Assembly (NCBI GenBank): GCA_038745945.1
Contig: JBCDLA010000002.1
Coordinates: 871-64,870, forward strand
Length of the DNA: 64,000 nt
Origin: Cyanobacteria bacterium P01_H01_bin.74
GTDB lineage: Bacteria > Cyanobacteriota > Vampirovibrionia > Vampirovibrionales > Vampirovibrionaceae
Direction: 5' to 3'
Shown here: in pieces, positions 19,717 to 27,234 of the stretch
Position numbering within the stretch: position 1 is the stretch's first letter
How the letters are laid out: the number at the start of each line of letters is the position of its first letter
Program-made: the position numbers and the translations under genes
Notes under the pieces: generated by a model
Databases searched by the model: none
What the model was told of the DNA's origin: nothing
Seen by the model: only the letters and a program-made list of their open reading frames with translations

Positions 19717-20415
19717 AGTATATCAAAAAATTAAAGAGGCTCGGCAGCGGTTAAGAGTTTTTCTTTTTTCATTCTTTAACCAGGTTCTGTTGTGGAATTT
19801 ATTTAAGCCATTGAAGAGTAGCAGCAAAATGAAAGAATGCCCGAAATCGAAAAAGCAATCTTTTTAAACCATGAGAAAATTCACTGATAGTGCTTAGCAT
19901 AGAAACGAAAAGATAATGACTTAGAGTTAGATGAGATGTGGCATTTTGTGCAAAAAAAGCACAAAAGTGGTGGGTTTGGCTTGTCTAAAATAGAGAAAAA
20001 ACACTGTATTACTGTCCAACTAGCACTTAGAATTGTTTCTACAGGAAAGAAACTGTAGAAACAGCTTAAACTTTTTGAAATAGAATAAGTTATGTACGGA
20101 CTATTTTTCTACATATCCAAGCATTGTTAATCATCCAAATTATGTCATTACCAAGGCAAAACTTGGGCATTGGAAAGCTAAAATAACAGAAATACACACT
20201 ATTTAGTAAGATTCAGAAGGAAAGCATTGCATAAGGTACAAACTGCGCTGCCACTATTTTTTACACTCGATTGGCAAAAATAGCTATATTAAATGAGCAA
20301 CGTCATTTTTTGTGTCATTGCCGATGAATTTACACAACCATTGCACAGAATCAGTGACACTAAAATGAGTCTTTAGTTAGAGAGTCCTAAAAAAGACCAA
20401 TTCTGGTTTAAATAT

Positions 20416-21219
20416 TTAAAATATTTTGGCATAGTAATTCAAGTGTTCAATCACCATCTGCATAAAGATGGTTAATGTAATCCACATAGTCGCCAAACCT
20501 ATCGATGGCTTTAATGCAAAACTCAGCTGAAACACCGGGATCTGCTGGGCTGTCCGGTTGACCACACCCAGCATCAAATCAACGGCCATGGTGACTACAA
20601 TAGCCGGAGAAACCATTTGAACCCCGATGGACAGAACATGGCTGGACAAGTGGACCAAATACGACAGATCAATCGCTGTTCTGAAATCGTGTGTCACACT
20701 GTACAACGGAAATACTTCTAAACTGTGGTGCAATGCATTAATCAGCCAATACATGCCACCCAGGTACAGAAAGACACCAATGGCAATAAAACTAAATAAG
20801 GTCTCCAACAGCATGGTCTGAGACCCCTGAGAGGGATCCATAATCATGGCCGAAGACAATCCAATCTGATTGTTTAATACGTTGCCAGCTGCATTAATGA
20901 CTTGCAGAATCATGTTGGCAATAAAGCCAATAAAGGCACCGACCACCACATTTAATAAGATTTGAAGCATGTACACCGGATAAGCATCCATATTGTTGAC
21001 CACGCCTGCCGGATGGGGGGACACGGTAAACGAAAGCATTATAGTCAGGTAAACCGCCAGACTTATTTTTATGAGGATTGGAATATTTTTTCGATTAAAC
21101 AACGGGGCTGTTCGCATAAATGCCAATATTCTGAAAAAAAGCAAAAGTAGACCGTCTAAATACGGCCCAAATTTTTCGTACAGGCCCATATACGATTGCA
21201 GCGCCAGTGAGAAGTCCAT
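20416..21219 (-). CDS. fliR: flagellar/type III export apparatus protein FliR (SctT family)
   Basis: 267-aa polytopic membrane protein with FliR/SctT-like layout. Last gene of the Q-O-P-Q-R block. Confidence 0.75.
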   Translation of the reverse strand: MDFSLALQSYMGLYEKFGPYLDGLLLLFFRILAFMRTAPLFNRKNIPILIKISLAVYLTIMLSFTVSPHPAGVVNNMDAYPVYMLQILLNVVVGAFIGFIANMILQVINAAGNVLNNQIGLSSAMIMDPSQGSQTMLLETLFSFIAIGVFLYLGGMYWLINALHHSLEVFPLYSVTHDFRTAIDLSYLVHLSSHVLSIGVQMVSPAIVVTMAVDLMLGVVNRTAQQIPVFQLSFALKPSIGLATMWITLTIFMQMVIEHLNYYAKIF

Positions 21220-21284
21220 TGTCGTATTGTGTTCTCTTGGTATTATCTCGGGATTTTCTTCTATTTAACAGGACATTTGGTTGT

Positions 21285-21818
21285 TTACGGTCTGGCTGAA
21301 TTCTCGGCTGAAGATTTGTCGAGTATCAATTGTTCAGCATGTGAGGCCGGATTTGCAGGAGTTTGACCTGGCTTAAAAACCCTTGTGCTTTTTGATGCAG
21401 AATCCACCTGTGATTGCCCACTCCAGCCTTTCATCAAAGCATTCAGCTTGTCTGAGTTGCCATCGGCGCTGTTAACTTGTGCCTCAAAAAAAGCACGGGC
21501 CCGGCTGTAGCCATCCGATTGACTGCTGCTTGGCTTCAAAACAAAAATGCCATCTTGCGGCAACTGATTAAAGGCAATAAAGGCCGCATCCCGAAAAAAA
21601 TTGGTCATTAACTCTATCATAAACCCCCCCCCCAAAAGCAGGACCAAGAAAACAGCCACTATTTTTGGTGCCGCAGAAATGGTTTGTTCCTGGACTTGAG
21701 TAACCGCCTGCAAAATGCCAACCACCAAACCAACACCTGCAGCAACCAGGGTGGTTGATAAAGAGAGCATCAGAACCAGTAGGATGCCGCGCTTTAAAAA
21801 TTCTAACAAGATTTCCAT
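21285..21818 (-). CDS. fliQ: export apparatus protein FliQ (SctS family) with ~90-aa hydrophilic C-terminal extension
   Basis: First 86 aa align with FliQ/SctS (…LVVGILQAVTQVQEQTISAAPKIVAVFLVLLL…). The ORF then continues in frame for ~91 polar residues (…SSSQSDGYSRARAFFEAQVNSADGNSDKLN…). Normal FliQ is ~89 aa. Confidence 0.7.
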   Translation of the reverse strand: MEILLEFLKRGILLVLMLSLSTTLVAAGVGLVVGILQAVTQVQEQTISAAPKIVAVFLVLLLGGGFMIELMTNFFRDAAFIAFNQLPQDGIFVLKPSSSQSDGYSRARAFFEAQVNSADGNSDKLNALMKGWSGQSQVDSASKSTRVFKPGQTPANPASHAEQLILDKSSAENSARP

Positions 21819-21842
21819 ACAGTAAAACTTCCGGAAAAAATT

Positions 21843-22475
21843 TTAATTAAAGCTCTGAACAAGGCCATTAACAACAAGCCCCCAACCATCAACTGCCACA
21901 AAAATTAATATTTTAAAGGGCAATGAAATAATGGTAGGCGACAGCATCATCATCCCCAAAGCAAGTAGGGTATTGGCTACAACCAGGTCAATAACAATGA
22001 AGGGAATAAAAATAATGAAACCAATTTCAAAAGCTGTTCGTAATTCGCTAATCATAAAAGCTGGAGCCACTTCCCAAATAGCCAAGTCATTGGGTGATTC
22101 AGGCGGTTTTTTTCGTGAAATCTGCAAGAAATAGGCAATGTCCTTTTCGCGGGTTTGTCGCATCATAAACTTTTTTAAAGGCTCTGATCCTCGTTCCATA
22201 ATCTGAACAACATCGCCTTTTTGAGCCATCACTGGGGCAATATTGGCATACATCTCCCCAAATACTGGTGCCATCGTATACATCGTTAATACCAAGGACA
22301 TGCCCACCATGACTATGCCTGGCGGAACCTGTTGGGTTCCAAGAGCAGTTTTCAAGATAGATAGCACAATGGTATAACGCAAAAAACTGGTCATGCTGGC
22401 CACCACAAAAGGAATGAGTGACAGGCTGGACATTAGGATAATTAGCTGTAAGGCCGGATCAAGGTTGCTGAACAT
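21843..22475 (-). CDS. fliP: export apparatus protein FliP (SctR family), no cleavable signal peptide
   Basis: Strong FliP/SctR identity: ASMTSFLRYTIVLSILKTALGTQQVPP, FMMRQTRE, ELRTAFEIGFIIFIPFIVIDLVVANTLLALGMMMLSP, PFKILIFVAVDGW. At 210 aa with a short N-terminus it resembles SctR, but the adjacent gene is fliO-like. Confidence 0.85.
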   Translation of the reverse strand: MFSNLDPALQLIILMSSLSLIPFVVASMTSFLRYTIVLSILKTALGTQQVPPGIVMVGMSLVLTMYTMAPVFGEMYANIAPVMAQKGDVVQIMERGSEPLKKFMMRQTREKDIAYFLQISRKKPPESPNDLAIWEVAPAFMISELRTAFEIGFIIFIPFIVIDLVVANTLLALGMMMLSPTIISLPFKILIFVAVDGWGLVVNGLVQSFN

Positions 22476-22610
22476 TTATAAAATCCAATTAATTATGAAA
22501 CCCAATTTATGCGGATAAAATTTTTCTGGAGTACACTTAAAGATGTATTGCCAATGAGAGCCACTAAAAACAGAATAAAGTCAAGACAAACTATTCAGCA
22601 ATAATAACCA

Positions 22611-23132
22611 TTACTTGCCTGTTCGACTGGCTATCAGCCAACGAATACTGCTCAAGAACCGCTCTTGAAACCCATTGCCACCAACCATAGTGCCAGCCCT
22701 CTGGTCACGGAAGAGCCTACGTACAGGATGCTGTTGGTAGTTTTCTTCTTGAGCATGCGGTTGATACCAGGGCTGACTGGCTGTGAGCGCGTCTCCAGTT
22801 TCAGCATCTGGGGTTTTAGACAAGCGTTCCAATGCAGAAACAGGCTCCAACCGAGACAGCAGTGAAACGGTATTATTACTGTTGGAAACCAGAAACCGTT
22901 CATCACCGTTGCGAATCACATAAACAGACTGCACGGGAGACAGGGCCAATGAAGACTCAATGCCCAGTTCAGGATGATCTGTGTCTTGTGAAAGACCGGA
23001 TGCCCCTGCAGAAGCATTGCTGCCCCGTTTGCCGCTCACCAGCCAATAGGTTAAGTAAAGCACACCCAGTGCAATAAAAGTGTACAGTATAAAAGAGCCC
23101 AAGTAGTATTCAATACTGTTTGCTTCAATCAT
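22611..23132 (-). CDS. fliO: FliO-like small single-pass membrane protein
   Basis: N-terminal TM (LGSFILYTFIALGVLYLTYWLV), then a KRG...ASAGASGL... segment, then SPVQSVYVIRNGDERFLVSNSNNTVSLLSRL. This parallels E. coli FliO (…ISASASLGARERVVVVDVEDARLVLGVTAGQINLLHKL). Position between the fliN-like gene and fliP matches flagellar operons. Confidence 0.5.
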   Translation of the reverse strand: MIEANSIEYYLGSFILYTFIALGVLYLTYWLVSGKRGSNASAGASGLSQDTDHPELGIESSLALSPVQSVYVIRNGDERFLVSNSNNTVSLLSRLEPVSALERLSKTPDAETGDALTASQPWYQPHAQEENYQQHPVRRLFRDQRAGTMVGGNGFQERFLSSIRWLIASRTGK

Positions 23133-23177
23133 AATGTCGCTTTCCTTTTTGGGCTGTTTTGTCGCAGCAAGTCTTTA

Positions 23178-24626
23178 TTAATCCCAGTCTTCATCATCAT
23201 CGTCAAAAGCATCATCCAGATCACTTAAGGGGTCTGTTGCTTCCGAGAGTCCCGCAACATCAGAGTCTGGTTGCTCAAGTGGGTCATTAACGCGTGTTTG
23301 ATTAACCGAATTGTGTGCCTCAACGGTTGTCAAAGAAAGGCTGGTTTCAGTGTCGGACTCTGTCATTTTTACAGCCCGAACGCGCACGCCAAACTTGTCG
23401 CCAATAATTAGAAGCTCTCCTTCGGCAATCGGTTTGCCATCCACTTGCAATGTCACCAGATTGTTAACAACATCGCCAAGTTCAACCACAATGCCTTCTG
23501 AGATTTGTTTTAAATGCTTTAACGGCAGTTTAACGGGGGGCAGTTCTGCAATTAAGTCAACATGCAGATTGTCCCAAAGGCCTGAACTCTTCTGTCCTTG
23601 AGAATCTTCTGAATCGGCATTGCCCAGACTGACCATAGTTAAAAAGTCCTTTTCATCAGGGGGGATTAAGCTTTTTTTGCGGGCAGGATCCCACTGGATT
23701 AAAAACGCACTGCCCAAGCTGGTTTTTTTGGAAAACTGGGCGGGACTCCCAGGCCTGCATTCTGAAAAAAACAAAGTATCGCACTGGCTCTCATCCAGTA
23801 CAATCATATCACCCGGTTCAATTAAGTGCAGCTCACCCAGCTTGACCTTGGTTTTTCCCAAGACAAGTTTCGACAACAGGGTCATCTGGAAAAAGACAGC
23901 ATCTGAAAAGTCTTGCTCTGTGTTGGGCCTGCTTTTTTCGGCGGTAAAATCAATGGCCTCAATTGCCACTTTGACCAGCAACTGACCCAGGTCTGCATTG
24001 ACTCCTTCATTGCTGGCATTGCGCTGCGGGCTTGAAATTACCCAGATTAAGTCAATAAAGCCATCAGCATTGTCTGGCAACTGATTGTAAATAATTTGGG
24101 TTGCTGCCTGATGTTGTGCCAGTTTTGTACCTTCTGAAATAAGTGCTGAGTCCTTGAAAGCCAAAGACAGCTGCTTTGAAAAGGCTTGGAATAAGCTGTT
24201 TTCCAAAGGCGTCACCTGATCTAATGAAAAGCCGTTGCCATGGTCTTCTTCGGGCGATTGCCCCAGTGACGCATCAAGAAGCTGACTGCACAAGGGCTCA
24301 GAAAACCGCCACTCGACGACGGTCAATGCGTCCAATGAAACCAGTGGCTGTAAATGGGCCATATCAATGGATGACACATGAAATCCGCCTGCCTGTTGGC
24401 AGAAATAATGGGGTTGTTCACTGGCACCGAGAAACTTCACCGAAAATCCCTCAATGCCCCAAAAGTTTTGCAAAGACATTGCGATGTCTTCTGAAAATCG
24501 GGTGGCCAGATTCAGAATGGGTTGCCAGGCAGATGCAAAGGGGACAACCGTGATTGTCTCAAGCAAACGGGGGCTCACCCCGGTTGAATCTGAAACCAAT
24601 GCATTCATATGGTGCTGATTACCCAA
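23178..24626 (-). CDS. type III/flagellar C-ring protein of the SctQ/FliN(FliY) family with two SpoA domains and an acidic C-terminal tail
   Basis: Two SpoA-like (FliN fold) segments: …TLLSKLVLGKTKVKLGELHLIEPGDMIVLDES… and …LPLKHLKQISEGIVVELGDVVNNLVTLQVDGKPIAEGELLIIGDKFGVRVRAV…. The poorly conserved N-terminal 250 aa is typical of SctQ. No FliM-type LSQEEIDALL/GGXG motifs. Ends in DLDDAFDDDDEDWD. Confidence 0.65.
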   Translation of the reverse strand: MGNQHHMNALVSDSTGVSPRLLETITVVPFASAWQPILNLATRFSEDIAMSLQNFWGIEGFSVKFLGASEQPHYFCQQAGGFHVSSIDMAHLQPLVSLDALTVVEWRFSEPLCSQLLDASLGQSPEEDHGNGFSLDQVTPLENSLFQAFSKQLSLAFKDSALISEGTKLAQHQAATQIIYNQLPDNADGFIDLIWVISSPQRNASNEGVNADLGQLLVKVAIEAIDFTAEKSRPNTEQDFSDAVFFQMTLLSKLVLGKTKVKLGELHLIEPGDMIVLDESQCDTLFFSECRPGSPAQFSKKTSLGSAFLIQWDPARKKSLIPPDEKDFLTMVSLGNADSEDSQGQKSSGLWDNLHVDLIAELPPVKLPLKHLKQISEGIVVELGDVVNNLVTLQVDGKPIAEGELLIIGDKFGVRVRAVKMTESDTETSLSLTTVEAHNSVNQTRVNDPLEQPDSDVAGLSEATDPLSDLDDAFDDDDEDWD

Positions 24627-24847
24627 TTGGCTGGCGGATGGTTTTATTACTTATTATCAGTTTAAAGGGTAACAGGGCACCTGTGTTAATGAAAGCAATA
24701 GAGATACAGCATTTACAGGAGTTTAAAAAAAGTTTTAAGTTTTGATAAAACCGGACCAGAACACGCGTTGTGCTTTGGCAAAAAAAACGGGCTTGCATTG
24801 TCTGGCAAACCCATTTTAAACTGTTCCATTTTGTAGCTAAAAATCTT

Positions 24848-26320
24848 TTAGACAGGGGCCAACTGCTTCAGTGTGGCATTGGCCTCTTCAATATTACCCT
24901 CAAGCCCCATGGTTACGGTCTTGGCTTTGGTGGCTGCTTCTGCAGAGGTTCGTGCCATTTCTTGTGCCGCCTGATTGAGCTCACCAATGTTTCGGGTAAT
25001 TTCAGCAATACCCTGCAACGAGTCTTCAACCCGACTGGCAACATTACTGGATAGCTCAGTGGCTTCCGTCACATTTGAGGCAACATTCTTGGTGGATTGC
25101 GCCGTTTGGGTAATGTTGCCAGAAATCTCATTGGAAACAGCAGTCTGCTCTTCAACGGCGCTGGCAATAGTGCTGTTAATGTCGTTAATTTCGCCAATAA
25201 CGGTTGCAATGGTGTTGATGGCAGAAATAGACGTATCGGTGTTTTTCTGCATGCCTTCCACCTGAACCCGAATGGTCTCTGTGGCTTGCGCCGATTGCTT
25301 TGCCAGCTCTTTGACCTCATTGGCAACAACGGCAAAGCCTTTTCCTGCATCACCGGCACTGGCAGCCTCAATGGTGGCGTTTAATGCAAGCAGATTGGTC
25401 TGGGCGGCAATCTCTTTAATAATATCCACAATTTTACCAATTTCTTTAGCAGACAAAGCCAGGTTCTCAACGGTATTTTTCGTTTCATCCGCTTTTTCTG
25501 TGGCACTTTCTGCAACAGCAGATGCTTTTGCAGCATTTTCAGAGACTTCTTTTAATGAAGAAAGCATTTCCTGGGTGGATTTGGATACAGTCTGCATCGT
25601 CTGGTTAATGTCTTCAACCGCCTGGGTAACCACGGTCATTGAATCGCTCATTTTGTTGGTCGATTGTCCAACATTACCCACGTTTTCTTCAATGGTATTA
25701 CTGGCCCGCAGCACTTCCTGAATGTTGGCAGTCGACTCTTCAACCGCACTGGCCACGGTAGAAACATTGCTATTCAAATCAGAAACGTTGTCTAACACAT
25801 CGTTTAAAGAGACCACCAGTTTTTTAGAACTGGTTTGTTTCACTGTATCGTTGTAAATGGTAATGGCAATGTCAATATCAAGGAAAGCAGCCCTCAACAA
25901 GCTTTGGAATGCCAGTGTTTTTTTGGCAAGGGGTACTTTTTTCTCTTCAAATGCTTTCATCATGGCTGCTACCATTTCTGCAATGGCAAAGCTATAGCCA
26001 CCCAGATAAAATTGCGGCTCAATGGCGCGTTCTTCGTGGGTACGTCCTATTTTTTCAATCCGCTGCATATAGCTTTCATCAAACACCCCTGAAAATAAGC
26101 CTTCCCAATGGCGCTGCTGAGCTTTTTTGGCATATTCTGCGGAACTGGCTGTTTTAAACTTAGCCTGCAGTTGTGGCCATTGAAAGATATGCTCGTAAAA
26201 CTTGTCTAAAACCGGGCCAATATGATCTTTAATGGCCGGCATCACCACGTCTTTCAAGGACTCTGATGTCTCTTGATTGATTTTTAAAAACCGAAGCCGT
26301 TCTTCACGCGAGGTGCTCAT
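24848..26320 (-). CDS. soluble methyl-accepting chemotaxis protein with N-terminal globin-coupled sensor (HemAT-like)
   Basis: N-terminal protoglobin/sensor-globin domain (…KDHIGPVLDKFYEHIFQWPQLQAKF…EPQFYLGGYSFAIAEMVAAM…). C-terminal MCP signalling domain with the highly conserved tip (…TETIRVQVEGMQKNTDTSISAINTIATVIGEINDINSTIASAVEEQTAVSNEISGNITQ…). No TM segments. Confidence 0.75.
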   Translation of the reverse strand: MSTSREERLRFLKINQETSESLKDVVMPAIKDHIGPVLDKFYEHIFQWPQLQAKFKTASSAEYAKKAQQRHWEGLFSGVFDESYMQRIEKIGRTHEERAIEPQFYLGGYSFAIAEMVAAMMKAFEEKKVPLAKKTLAFQSLLRAAFLDIDIAITIYNDTVKQTSSKKLVVSLNDVLDNVSDLNSNVSTVASAVEESTANIQEVLRASNTIEENVGNVGQSTNKMSDSMTVVTQAVEDINQTMQTVSKSTQEMLSSLKEVSENAAKASAVAESATEKADETKNTVENLALSAKEIGKIVDIIKEIAAQTNLLALNATIEAASAGDAGKGFAVVANEVKELAKQSAQATETIRVQVEGMQKNTDTSISAINTIATVIGEINDINSTIASAVEEQTAVSNEISGNITQTAQSTKNVASNVTEATELSSNVASRVEDSLQGIAEITRNIGELNQAAQEMARTSAEAATKAKTVTMGLEGNIEEANATLKQLAPV

Positions 26321-27234
26321 AATAATGTATTCTCCCTACTCTCCAAGCTAATTAAAAAAATTTTTCCGTACTTAAACCGCCCTATCAAAACAAGACTGGT
26401 TTATGAACAATTTATGCGCCATACACGCAGACCACTTTGCTAGTAATTTCCAGCTGACTCTCTAAGACTATTTTTTTATGCTTAGTTAAAGCAATTGAGG
26501 AAATTTATCAATAGAAAAGGCACAATCAATAATAAAGAGGCCCTTTACATTAAATAAACACGATATATTGAATTATACCATCAGGTTTCAAAAAAAGATC
26601 AGAACAAAAATGAATTGTTTTTAACAGATTCTTCAAACAAACTGTATCAACATATTTTCTGAGACATCTTATAATTGAAAATATGAAGAATCACCAGCCA
26701 AATGGGGTATTTTTTCAACAGATCCCAGCTGTGCTTTTAAAGAAACCGAAAAAGTGATATACTATTTAGTATACAAGTGTGTCGTTCTGTGGTGGTTCAA
26801 TAAAGTCTGATCAATTTAACCAAGAAACCGAACTGGCAAGACTCAGAAAGCAGGGTAAACCAGCAAGTATGATCAAGACCAGTAAAGACTTTAACCACCT
26901 GCAATTCAAGTCAGCAAGCACTAATTCGGGTTAATGGACTGAACAATAAAGTTGTGGCCTGGCCAACGCCTTATTTACTGTGTGATTCATCAAATGCGCT
27001 AGTAAGGGGTTAACTCATACGGGCCAAAAATCGGGCCAAAATCCGAGCTTGTAAGTCTTCTGGCTTGATGAAGGACTTGTTTCCCAGATTCAGTGTTAGC
27101 AGAACCACAGCACCTGATAAATTAGGCTTTAACCCCTTTTTTATTTTAAAACAGGGGCCTGGAAAGAATTTTGGACTCTTTAAAAGAATTTTTGAAAAGC
27201 TTTCATCATTTTTACATCATTATAGACAGGACAA

